Below, one piece after another: positions 12,792-23,944 of a stretch of 64,000 nucleotides of DNA (positions are counted from its first letter, which is position 1; each line of letters begins with the position of its first letter). The notes below the pieces were generated by a model. It made no database searches and was not told the origin of the DNA. It was given only the letters and a program-made list of their open reading frames with translations. A program made the translations under genes and the position numbers. Source of the stretch: Octopus vulgaris (lineage: Eukaryota); contig OX597817.1 of NCBI GenBank assembly GCA_951406725.2, forward strand, positions 170,314,001 to 170,378,000, written 5' to 3'.

Positions 12792-15700
12792 TCATCATCA
12801 TCATCATCATCATCATTTAGCGTCCGTTTTCCATGCTAGCATGGGTTGGACGGTTCTGCTGGGGTCTGTGAAGCCAGAAGGCTTCATCAGGCCCAGTCAA
12901 ATCTGGCAGTGTTTCTACGGCTGGATGCCCTTCCTAACGCCAACCACTCCGTGAGTGTAGTGGGTGCTTTTTACGTGCCACCCGCACTGGTGCCAGCCAG
13001 AGCTGGCAAACGGCCACGAACGGATGGTGTTTTTTTATGTGCCACCGGCACGAGGGCCAGGCGAGGCTGGCAACGAACACGAAACGGGGCGGTGCTGGCA
13101 ACGGTCGCGAAACGGAAGGTTCTCTTACATGCCACCGGCACTGGTAACACATCTGCAATTTCCATTGATCGATTTCCATTGATCGATTTCGATTCTGATC
13201 CTCACTTGCCTCAATGGGTCTTCACAAGCAGAGTTTCGACATGCCACCGGCACTGGTAGCACATCCGCAATTTCCATTGATCGATTTCGATTCTGATCCT
13301 CACTTGCCTCAACACGTCTTCACAAGTAGAGTTTTGTGTCCCAAGAAGGGAAGGTATGCATACGTAGGCTGGCTCCATCCCATGTAGAAGGCCACGGGTT
13401 GTGGACTCACTTGTCCTGCCGGGTCTTCTCGCGCACAGCACACTTCCAGAGGTCTCGGTCTCTAGTCATTTCCTCGGTGAGACCTAAAGTTCGAAGGTCG
13501 TGCTTCACCACCTCGTCCCAGGTTTTCCTGGGCCTGCCTCTTCCACAGGTTCCCTCAACCGCTAGGGTGTGGCACTTTTTCACACAACTATCTTCATCCA
13601 TTCTCGCCACATGACCATACCAGCGCAAACGTCTCTCTTGCACACCACAACTGATGCTTCTTAGGTCCAGCTTTTCTCTCAAGGTACTTACACTCTGCCG
13701 AGTGTGAGTACTGGCATTACACATCCATCGGAGCATACTGGCTTCATTTCTAGCGAGCTTACGCATATCCTCAGCAGTCACGGCCCATGTTTCACTGCCA
13801 TGTAGCATGGCTGTTCGTACACACGCATCATACAGTCTGCCTTTCACTCTGTGCGAGAGGCCTTTTGTCACCAGCAGAGGTAAGAGCTCTCTGAACTTTG
13901 CCCAAGCTATTCTTACTCTAGCAGTTACACTTTCAGCACACCCGCCCCCGCTGCTGACTTGGTCACCTAGGTAACGGAAACTATCAACTATTTCTAGTTT
14001 TTCTCCCTGGAAAGTGACAGAAGTTGGTCTCAGAGCATTTTCAGTGTTTATTGTTCCTGAGCATCTGCCACATACAAAAACCATCTTCCTAGTTAGCCTT
14101 CCTTTGACATTGCTGCATCTCTTATGTGTCCATAGCTTACACTTGGTGCATCTTATAGAGTTTCTACCTACACCTTTTCTACAGATCGAGCAGGGCCATC
14201 TACCTGAAGGTGTTTGTGATTTGTCTACCTTCCTACTGATTACGACTTTGGTTTTAGCTAGATTGACTCTGAGGCCCTTCGATTCTAATCCTTGTTTCCA
14301 CACCTGAAACTTCTCCTCCAGTTCTGATAGCGACTCAGCAATTAGAGCAAGGTCATCAGCATAGAGGAGCTCCCAAGGGCATCCTGTCTTGAATTCCTCC
14401 GTTATTGCCTGGAGGACTATGATAAATAGGAGGGGGCTGAGTACTGAGCCTTGGTGGACCCCTACCTCTACCCGGAATTCTTCACTGTACTCATTTCCAA
14501 CCCTCACCCTACTAGCGGCGTCCCTATACAAGGCCCGCACAGCTCTCACTAACCATTCATCTATCCCTAGTTTTCTCATTGCCCACCAGATAAGGGATCG
14601 GGGGACCCTGTCGAAGGCTTTCTCCATGTCAACAAAAGCCAGGTACAGGGGCTTATCTTTGGCTAGGTATTTCTCCTGCAGCTGCCTTACCAGGAATATA
14701 GCATCAGTAGTACTTTTCCCTGGCACAAACCCAAACTGCATCTCATCTAAACTAACTCTCTCTCTAATTAGTTGGGCTATGACCCTCTCCGTAACCTTCA
14801 TCACCTGGTCCAACAGCTTGATACCTCTGTAGTTGTTTGTATCTAGGGCATCACCTTTACCTTTGTAGCAGTTGACTATTATACTGCTACACCAGTCATT
14901 GGGTATGACCCCTTTGTGTATCACCTGATTAACTATATGGGTGACTAGGCTATAGCCGACACTACCAGACATTTTGAGCATCTCTGCAGTGATTCCTGAT
15001 GGGCCTGGGGCTTTCCCTGTCTTCATGCTTCTAATTGCCTTAGCTACCACAGAACTATCAACTCGGATAGCTGGTCCCTCTGTTGGGTCAACATTCGGCA
15101 GACTCTCTTTATCCCATTCATTTTCTTCATTCAGCAACCTTTCATAGTGGCATCTCCAAACCTCTCTCTTTGCATCCTCATTTAGCGCAAGTGAACCATC
15201 TTCCATGCGAACACACTTCTCTCCTACCACATCACGATTCTCTCTCACACACTGTCTTGCAACACGAAACACCTCCAGTCTTTGGTCCTCACGGCGCAGA
15301 ACATTGGCAAATTTTTTCTTATCTGCTTCCCCTCTGGCTAAATAAACCTGTCTCCTAGCTTCTCTTTTGGCAGTCTGATACAATTCCCTGCTACCCCCAT
15401 TTTTCCAGACCTTCCAAGCCTGTCTCTTTTCTCTAATAGCCCTGTCTACAATATTGTTCCACCACCACGTTATTCTAGGTCGAGAGGGGACTTTGCACCA
15501 GCCACAGATCTGGTCAGTGGCTCTCAGCAGGTTGTCCCTTAGAAACGTCCAGCTGTCTTCTACCCCCTGTGATGCTCTATCCCCTTCTACTTCGTCAGAG
15601 GCTTCAAGTAATATGTCCCTAAATCTCTGTCCATTTGCAGGATCTTTAAGCTTCCAGATCCTTCTTCTCCATATTTGTCGTCTTCTGGTTGTCCTCCTAG

Positions 15701-16592
15701 TCCTGATCCTAAAGTCACTAACTACCAGTCTATGTTGTGGGGTACATTCTTCACCTGGGAAGGTTTTGGCATTTATAAGCAGCCATCTCTCCCTTTGCCT
15801 TGTAAGGATGTAGTCAATTTGGCTGGTATGTTGGCCCGATTGGTAAGTGACTAGGTGGCTGGTAGGTTTCCTGAAGTTAGTGTTGCAAATCATAAGATTA
15901 TTTGCATCGCAGAACTCCAGCAGCCTGGTTCCCTCCTCGTTGCGGGAGCCATAGCCGTAGCCTCCATGTACGCCATGGAAGCCCCCAGCATGTCGTCCAA
16001 CGTGACCATTGAAGTCACCAGCCACAAAGATAAGGTCTCTGTCGTTCGTCAATGAGGTAGTCTGCAGTAGAGTGTCATAGAATCGGTCTTTCTGTCCATC
16101 GGGTAGCCCCGACTGAGGAGCATAGGCTGATATAATGGTTGCTAAACTATGATGAAGCACTAATCTAATCTTAAGTATTCTGTCACTTACTCTGATTACC
16201 TCAATTACTTTATCTACCCATTTCTCAGCGATAAGTATACCCACGCCACCAACCCCGTCAGTATTCCCTGCCCAGAAAATCTTGTACCTGCGTTCCTTGC
16301 CTGTGAGGAACCTAGCTGATCCTCCTCTCCACCTTATTTCTTGCATGCAACATATATCCACACATCTCCGTTCAAGCATCTCGACTATCTCACCAGACCT
16401 ACCTTTCAGAGTGCCAACGTTGAGGGTGCCAACCCTGAGGGTGTGGAAGGCATGGGCTCTAGAGACCCTGGGACGGTGGACAGTAGCTTCGTGTACCTGA
16501 AAAGAAAGATAGAAATCATTATTTAGTGGTACTCTGTTCAATAACACCACTATCCATGACAAAACAAAAAAAAAAGCAACCCTCTGTTTTAA
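12792..16592 (-). mobile_element. Near full-length RTE LINE with hairpin-rich 3' UTR and (ATG)n tail
   Basis: Contains the ORF above. The 3' UTR (12792-13406) has the GGATGCCCTTCC motif, an internal ~110-bp duplication (13128-13335) and a (CAT)n tail on +. The 5' boundary is uncertain (16496-16592) and abuts another RTE tail. Confidence 0.9.
13407..16496 (-). CDS. RTE-clade LINE ORF: AP endonuclease + reverse transcriptase + PHD-type zinc finger
   Basis: Uninterrupted frame of about 1030 codons. APE motifs TLNVGTL, MQEIRW, AYAPQ, GDFNGH, IDYIL; RT motifs KAPGPSG, YRGIKLL, QFGF, FVDMEKAFD, GVHQGSVLSP, YADD, FRYLG; RTE C-terminus RRLRWYGHV..RGRPRKTW. The track start at 16562 is TTG, not ATG. 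Confidence 0.95.
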   Translation of the reverse strand, partial: VHEATVHRPRVSRAHAFHTLRVGTLNVGTLKGRSGEIVEMLERRCVDICCMQEIRWRGGSARFLTGKERRYKIFWAGNTDGVGGVGILIAEKWVDKVIEVIRVSDRILKIRLVLHHSLATIISAYAPQSGLPDGQKDRFYDTLLQTTSLTNDRDLIFVAGDFNGHVGRHAGGFHGVHGGYGYGSRNEEGTRLLEFCDANNLMICNTNFRKPTSHLVTYQSGQHTSQIDYILTRQRERWLLINAKTFPGEECTPQHRLVVSDFRIRTRRTTRRRQIWRRRIWKLKDPANGQRFRDILLEASDEVEGDRASQGVEDSWTFLRDNLLRATDQICGWCKVPSRPRITWWWNNIVDRAIREKRQAWKVWKNGGSRELYQTAKREARRQVYLARGEADKKKFANVLRREDQRLEVFRVARQCVRENRDVVGEKCVRMEDGSLALNEDAKREVWRCHYERLLNEENEWDKESLPNVDPTEGPAIRVDSSVVAKAIRSMKTGKAPGPSGITAEMLKMSGSVGYSLVTHIVNQVIHKGVIPNDWCSSIIVNCYKGKGDALDTNNYRGIKLLDQVMKVTERVIAQLIRERVSLDEMQFGFVPGKSTTDAIFLVRQLQEKYLAKDKPLYLAFVDMEKAFDRVPRSLIWWAMRKLGIDEWLVRAVRALYRDAASRVRVGNEYSEEFRVEVGVHQGSVLSPLLFIIVLQAITEEFKTGCPWELLYADDLALIAESLSELEEKFQVWKQGLESKGLRVNLAKTKVVISRKVDKSQTPSGRWPCSICRKGVGRNSIRCTKCKLWTHKRCSNVKGRLTRKMVFVCGRCSGTINTENALRPTSVTFQGEKLEIVDSFRYLGDQVSSGGGCAESVTARVRIAWAKFRELLPLLVTKGLSHRVKGRLYDACVRTAMLHGSETWAVTAEDMRKLARNEASMLRWMCNASTHTRQSVSTLREKLDLRSISCGVQERRLRWYGHVARMDEDSCVKKCHTLAVEGTCGRGRPRKTWDEVVKHDLRTLGLTEEMTRDRDLWKCAVREKTRQDK

Positions 16593-16948
16593 TCATCATC
16601 ATCATCGTCCACTTTCCATGCTAGCATGGGTTGGACTGTTCAACTGGGGTCTGGGAAGCCAGAAGGCTGCATCAGGCCCAATCTGATCTGGCAGTGTTTC
16701 TACGGCTGGATGCCCTTCCTAAAGCCAACTACTCAGTGAGTGTAAATCATCATCATCGTTTAAAGTCCGTTCTCTATGCTAGCATGGCTTGGACGGTTCG
16801 ACCGGGGATCTGGGAAGCCAGAAGGCTGCACCAGGCTCCGGTCTTATCTGGCAAAGTTTCTACAGCTGGATGCCCTTCCTAACGCCAACCACTCCGAGAG
16901 TGTAGTGGGTGCTTTTTACGTGCCAACTGCACAGGTGCCAGGTGGCAC
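16592..16948 (-). mobile_element. Two stacked RTE 3'-end copies
   Basis: (CAT)n tails at ~16592 and ~16746, each followed by the same RTE 3' UTR. Confidence 0.85.
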
Positions 16949-17502
16949 GTTAGACATTATTATTTACTATTAACCTTTTTGATACCCACCTGCCTAAAAC
17001 TGCTTCTAGTTATGTGATACAAACTTCCTTTTTAAATTAAAACCCTCAATTAAAATTTCATGTTAATTCATGTTCCAAACATCAGCTTAATAATAACAAT
17101 TATTTTACTAAATTCTTCATTGTTTTCTAAATTACTTGAAAAAAAGACAGTGTATACCAAGAGAAATATGGTAACAAAAGAGTTAAAAGGTGCGAGGAAT
17201 GATTGAGTTAGTAGAAAGTTGCATATGTAATTAGACATGTAATACAATAGACTCAATTATCATCATCATCATTATCATCACTTTTCCAATCTTGCATGAG
17301 TCAGAGTTTGTTGAGGCAGATTTTCTACTGCTGGATGCCTTCCCTGTCCGTGACCCTCACCTGTTTCCAAGCAAGGTAATATTTCTCCATGGCCAGACAT
17401 ATTCTTGCAGAATATTGGAAATCAATGAATCGGTTTATATGACAGTGACAACCGTTTTACAACTATCACATGATGTCAAGACAAGACAAGGAAGGCACAA
17501 AC

Positions 17503-17919
17503 GACGGCGGCGAGCTGGCAGAAACGTTAGCACGCCGGGCGAAATGCTTAGCGGTATTTCCTCTGCCATTATGTTCTGAGTTCAAATTCCACCGAGGTCG
17601 ACTTTGCCTTTCATCCTTTCAGGGTCAATAAATTAAGTACCAGTTACGCACTGGGTTTGATGTAATCGACTTAATATCTTTGTCTGTCCTTGTTTGTCCC
17701 CTCTATGTTTAGCCCCTTGTGGGTAATAAAGAAATAGGTATTTCGTCTTCCGTTATGTTCTGAGTTCAAATTCCACCGAGGTCGACTTTGCCTTTCATCC
17801 TTTTGGGATCGATAAATTAAGTACCAGTTACACACTGGGGTCGATGTAATCGACTTAATACCTTTATCTGTCCTTGTTTGTCCCCTCTATGTTTATCCCC
17901 TTGTAGGTAATAAAGAAAT
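17503..17919 (+). mobile_element. SINE family B, head + 2 x 184-bp units
   Basis: Units at 17553 and 17737; TSD AAGGAAGRCACAAAC at 17488-17502 and 17920-17934. Confidence 0.9.
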
Positions 17920-19099
17920 AAGGAAGACACAAACATGTACACAGCCACACACACATCCATGTACAGGATGGCCCAAAAGTAGATTTACCCTTATCACGTA
18001 GGCACTTTAAATTTCTTTTAAAACATTTTATTACATTTAAATTTCTCTCTTACAAACTGAAAGGGAACTTGGTAAAATTAACTAAATTAGCATAGAATAA
18101 TGGTTTCAAATTTTTTCATAATTAAGATCTAATCTGTTAATATATGAATGCGAAAGAGATCGTTTTGGGCCACCTTATATACATATCTTATATGACAGGT
18201 TTCTTTTAGTTTCTGTCTACCAAATCCACTCATAAGACTTTTGTTGGCTCAGGGCTATGACAGAAGACAGTTGCCCCAGATGGAATTGAAACCAGAACCA
18301 TGTGGTTGGGAAGCCAACTTTTTACGATACTGCCATGCATGTCCTTCTTCATAAATTCACTTTAGGTTTTAATGCAAATCTGCATTAACATTTCAATATT
18401 CTGCTAGTATTTTTATATTTTATACTTCATATTGTATCATACATGAACTCATTTTGTAATCACAACCTTAATTCCTGCTATCCATTTGACCACCATTGAG
18501 CATGTCCGTTTATAATATACTCAAATGTAGTTGTTTCAAGTTAAATAAGATAATTATCTAGTCAAGGATTAAAATATAATCTGCTGTAATGAACATTTTG
18601 AAGTCCTTCTCTTCTATTAATGACAGCAATGGAAAACTATCTTCCTTGCTCTATTGGAAGTATTTTTAACCAACATGAAACACCTGGGTACTTTACCTAA
18701 CCAACAACTGTTATACTAATAGCCACACTATTAACTCACACACACACAGATCATCATCATCGTTTAACGTCTGCTTTTTCTGTGCCACCTGCACTGGTGC
18801 CAGGCGAGGCTGGCATTGGCCACGGTCGGATTGGTGCATTTTACGTGCCACCTGCACGGAAGCCATATATTGTATAAATATTGTATAAATCTATACTCTA
18901 TTGTATAAATCAAACACACCATTTATAACTACATCTCGTTGACAATTCTACAGTCTGAATATTCCCAGCTCACAATGAAACCATTGTTACCATGGGTATT
19001 CACTAATAATAATAATGATAATATGGCATAAGGCCAGCAATTTTGAGAGGAGGGGGTGAGTTACATTGACCCCAGTACTCAACTGGTATTTATTTTATC

Positions 19100-19695
19100 G
19101 GCGAGCTGGCAGAGACGTTAGCACGCTGGGCGAAATGCTTTGCGGCATTTCGTCTGCCACTACGTTCTGAGTTCAAATTCCGCCGAGGTCGACTTTACCT
19201 TTCATCCTTTCGGGGTCGATTAAATAAGTACCAGTTACGCCCTGGGGTCGATATAATCGACTTAATCCATTTGTCTGTCCTTGTTTGTCCTCTCTGTGTT
19301 TAGCCACTTGTGGGTAGTAAAGAAATAGGTATTTCGTCTGCCACTACGTTCTGAGTTCAAATTCCACTGAGGTCGACTTTACCTTTCATCCTTTCGGGGT
19401 CGATTAAATAAGTACCAGTTACACCCTGGGGTCGATATAATCGACTTAATCCGTTTGTCTGCCCTTGTTTGTCCTCTCTATGTTTAGCCCCTTGTGGGTA
19501 GTAAAGAAATAGGTATTTCGTCTGCCCCTACGTTCTGAGTTCAAATTCCGCTGAGGTCGACTTTACCTTTCATCCTTTCGGGGTCGATTAAATAAGTACC
19601 AGTTACGCCCTGGGGTCGATATAATCGACTTAATCCGTTTGTCTGTCCTTGTTTGTCCCCTCTGTGTGTAGCCCCCTGTGGGCAATAAAGAAATA
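19100..19695 (+). mobile_element. tRNA-derived SINE family B (Meta-like core), head + 3 x 184-bp units
   Basis: A-box-like head, B-box GAGTTCAAATTCC, core CCTTTCATCCTTTCGGGGTCGAT; units start at 19144, 19328 and 19512; TSD GTATTTATTTTATCG at 19086-19100 and 19697-19711. Confidence 0.9.
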
Positions 19696-20289
19696 TGTAT
19701 TTATTTTATCGACTGATTTATTTTAATGACAAAATGTCAGCCTTGGCACAGTTTAAACTCAGAATGTAAACAGCCAGGAAAATGTTGCTAAGTATTTTGA
19801 CAGCGCAGAAATAACTCTGCCAGCTTGGCAACTTATGAGTACTCACTAATTATAATAATAATTCTTTCTACTATAGGTACAGGGCCTGAAAGTTTCGGAG
19901 TGAGGGCCAGCTGATTACATCAAACCCAGTGCTTGACTGATACTTATTCCACTGACTGCCAAAGGAATGAAAGGCAAAGTTGAGCTTGGTGAAATTTGAA
20001 CTTGGAATGTAAAGATATAGAAAATGCCACTAAATATTTTGTCTGGCGTGCTAATGCTTCTACCAGCTTGCTGCCGTAATTATCATCATAGTTTCTGATT
20101 TGGCATGGTTTTCTACAGCTTGATGCCCTTCCTAATGCCAACCACTCCGAGAGCGTAATGGGTGCTTTCACGTCCCACCAGCATGGGTGCCATTTGTGTG
20201 ACACTGGTATATGCCATGAAAGTGATTTTGCTTGGCTTCTTCTTGGGTCTTCTCAAGCATGACATAATGCCAATGATGCTGATTTCAAC

Positions 20290-20677
20290 TTTTGGCACAA
20301 GGCCAGCAATTTTAAGGGGTTTGGTAAATCAGTTATATAGACCCCCCCCCCCAACACTCAACTGTTACTTTCGTTCTCGACTCTGAAAAGATGAAAGGTA
20401 AAGTTGATTTTGAACTTAGAATACAAAGGCGGATTAAATACCTATTTCTTTATTACCCACAAGGGGCTAAACACAGAGTGGACAAACAAGGACAGACAAA
20501 GGGATTAAGTCGATTACATCGACCCCAGTGTGTAACTGGTACTTATTTTCAATCGACCCCAAAAGGATGAAAGGCAAAGTCGACCTCGGCGGAATTTGAA
20601 CTCAGAACGTAACGGCAGACGAAATACCACTAAGCATTTTTCCTGGTGTGCTAATGATTCTGCCAGTTCACCGCCTT
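20290..20677 (-). mobile_element. SINE family B: young unit fused to an older copy
   Basis: Minus-strand junction GAAATA|GGTATTTA at ~20442. Confidence 0.8.
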
Positions 20678-20687
20678 AATAATGATG

Positions 20688-20725
<38 letters not shown>

Positions 20726-20736
20726 TATAATAATAA

Positions 20737-21102
20737 ACTCATTGAAATTGAGAAAATGTGGCATCTCAAGGCGGTTACAATACCAGTGATCGTAGGAGCA
20801 CTAGGAATGATCAAGAAGGGAACCGAAAATTATATGAGAATGATCCCTGGCTTACCATCCCTGCAAGAAGTGGAAAAGATTGTCTTAACTGGTACATCAC
20901 ACGTATTGAGAAGAGCATTGTCGATGTGAGAACTGTTGCTGCTCATGTATTTTAATTCAACTTTAAAAAAAAAAAAAAAAAAAATGAACGAACTACTGAG
21001 TTTGGTTTAATGGCCTACCAATGTATACTATGAGTTTCTTTGCCCTAGGAGTCGGGAAGACACTCGGCAAGAAATGGAAGCAAATTTGAAAGAAGAAAAA
21101 AA
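20737..21102 (+). mobile_element. 3' fragment of an R4/Dong-type restriction-like-endonuclease LINE within (TAA)n
   Basis: EIEKMWHLKAVTIPVIVGALG...QEVEKIVLTGTSHVLRRALS C-terminus; (AAT)n on both sides. Confidence 0.75.
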
Positions 21103-21103
21103 A

Positions 21104-21136
<33 letters not shown>

Positions 21137-21604
21137 TTAGTGTTGTTCCCATCTTGTGGTGTTAATAATGATATTTAAGAGATAAACTGAATGTTAATTA
21201 GTCTCTAACTTATTTCCTTCTCTTTTACCAAATATATCAAATAAGCATCATTCCTTGACCACGTGAAAATATCAAAGTAATTTAGGATGCTAATTCTCTC
21301 TTATTGCTTTCTTTACCTTTCCGCCCAAGAGACTGAAGCATAAGTTTTGTTGAAATGTCACTTGTTTATGACATTAAATAATGGTAAACATTGAAAGGTA
21401 AAATAAGTAATACTATTCCATTTTGGAATTGACATACTTCCTAACATATGTCTGTCTGTCTTTGCTACATATATTCTGGTGACACTCTTGTATTGAGCCA
21501 ATCATCTCTCTCTCTCATTAGTACTTGAAATTAATAATTGCTTGTGGTCAGGCTTTCAGGTATGACAAATTGGTTCTGCTTTTAGGAGTTAAGGTTTACA
21601 GTAA

Positions 21605-21800
21605 GTAATTTCTACTCTTTTCCTCTGGAAGCCATCTACTTGCAATACCAGAGGGCGCACACTCTCCTACTCTGATGTAATCTCCAGGGATACAGGCATC
21701 CAGCAACAGGACCTCCGTAATGCCATGATGGACCGTGAAGTCTGGCATAGCATGGTAAATTCCATTGTCTCGACCACGGTCGAACAATGATGATGATGAA
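21605..21800 (+). mobile_element. Short 3' fragment of the second RTE-like family
   Basis: Reverse complement of 27498-27695; (ATG)n tail. Confidence 0.8.
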
Positions 21801-23475
21801 GGTTTACAGTCAAGCATTTGATATAAGCTGTTGATTGTTATAGCCCCAGGTCAGTCTTGATTAAGCAGCCTTGTGATTCAAAGGCATTTCAGCCCTGATT
21901 AACCCTTTTTCTTTTCTTCTTTGTTTTCTTATATCTTTTCTATATTCAGTGCTATGTTGTCCAATTTTTTTTTAATGATTGTATTAAGAGGGTTGTGGTG
22001 CTGGCTGTACATCATCATCGCTATCATCATCATTATGGCAGTAATATTTTCAGTAAATTTATTTCGTCTGTCTTTACATTCAAATTCTTCTGAGGTTGAC
22101 TTTGCCTTTCATCCTTTTGGGGGTCAATAAACTAAGTACCAGTTGTGTACTGGAGTCGATCTAATTGACTTGGACCCCCCTCTCCAAAAATTTCGGACCT
22201 TGTGCCTAGAGTAGAAAAGAATTTTTCAGTAAATTTCCGAGATTCTTGTATTGTGCTAACGTCTTTAGAACCACCTGGAGTTACTGAGTGGTTACTACTG
22301 ATTACCACTCATTATCACAACTATTGATATCTCATTTTTTTCATCTTGTCTTGGATGACCGTTTGCTTGAGATAGTTGACACATCTCACTTGCATCAAAA
22401 ACTTGGTTTTTACACTTATCAGGCCCCAAATAGCTGTTTGGGAAACCTGGAAGATAATTCACCAGTTTGCTGTTGTTTAACCCCCAAGTCAAATTTGATT
22501 GAGCAGATTGATAATTAAAACTCTTCCAGTCATGACCACCTTGCTTTTTTGCTGTGTATAGGATTACATTATCCATTGTATCATGCTCTGGCTATAATAA
22601 CAGAGGTGGTAATTTGAGGGAGATTTGGCTGTTATGATTAGCTGCTTTAGCAACCATGTAGAGGCTCACTTTGCTAGTATTCAGACTGTTTATTTGTCAA
22701 GAATGTAGTACAGGAAAATCCATTTACAGTTGCAGGTTTTGGTACTGTAACTGTGCTAATAATAAATTACATGCAATACTATTTCCTGATAACCTACAAA
22801 AACAGGTATTTGATCAAGGATTGTATGTTAGTACAAATAAACTGATTATGAGAGACTCCTGATAGGTCAGTTTAGTTGACATTTCACTTTCATAGTTGTC
22901 TTTTCAGAGGTAAAAATATATCTAAATCTATATATCCAAATTAATATTGATTGAAACATTTTAAAGGGAAAACATCATCATTTCTGTTTGTTGGTAAAAC
23001 ACAATATTTTGAATGGTTTAGTCCACTGTCATGATACCATACGTGTACACACACACACACGCACACACGCACGCATGTGCACATGCACACATACACATAT
23101 CTTGAGGCAGTGAGAGAGTTCCAAGGGTGTGTATGTGTGTCACAGGTGTGGTAAGAAGTTTGCTTCCTAACCACATGGTTTCAGGTTCAGTCCCACTGCA
23201 GAGCACTTAGTCAAGTGTTTCTTCTGTAACCCTAGGCCAACCGAAGCCTTGAGAGTGGATTTGGTGGATGAAAACTGAAAGAAGCCCATTTTGTAAGCAG
23301 CGTCCCTTGTTTCTAATTTTCTGTGAGAACATGTCTAGTTATGAGGAAATGTGTTTTTACTTAGAAACAAGTGATGGTTGGTGACAAGAAGGGCATCTGG
23401 CCTTAGAAAATTCTGCTTAGCAAATTCTGTGTGACTCATGTAAGTAAAGAAAACTAGACATTAAAACAATGATGA

Positions 23476-23511
<36 letters not shown>

Positions 23512-23542
23512 GTTTCAGTTGGGATTGGACTTTTTTTAACGT

Positions 23543-23944
23543 CAGGAGTGGCTGTGTGGTAAGTAGCTTGCTAACCAACCACATGGTTCCGGGTTCAGTC
23601 CCACTGCGTGACATCTTGGGCAAGTGTCTTCTACTATTGTCCCGGGCCAACCAATGCCTTGTGAGTGGATTTGGTAGACGGAAACTGAAAGAAGCCTGTC
23701 GTATATATGAATATATGTATATATGTGTGTATGTATGTGTGTTTGTGTGTGTGTGTTTGTCCCCCTAGCATTGCTTGACAACCGATGCTGGTGTGTTTAC
23801 GTCCCCGTCACTTTGCGGTTCGGCAAAAGAGAACCGATAGAATAAGTACTGGGCTTACAAAGAATAAGTCCCGGGGTCGATTTGCTCGACTAAAGGCGGT
23901 GCTCCAGCATGGCCACAGTCAAATGACTGAAACAAGTAAAAGAA
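23543..23944 (+). mobile_element. SINE family A
   Basis: Near-identical to 5706-6107. Confidence 0.9.

Noticed and set aside
14014-16526. Plus-strand ORFs overlapping the LINE
   Set aside because: Antisense shadows of the RTE ORF
16497-16562. N-terminal MSWIVVLLN.. extension of the LINE ORF
   Set aside because: Starts at TTG and translates an intron-like pyrimidine tract
19144-19695. Retrozyme interpretation of the 184-bp tandem
   Set aside because: No CUGANGA/GAAA hammerhead core found on either strand of the unit
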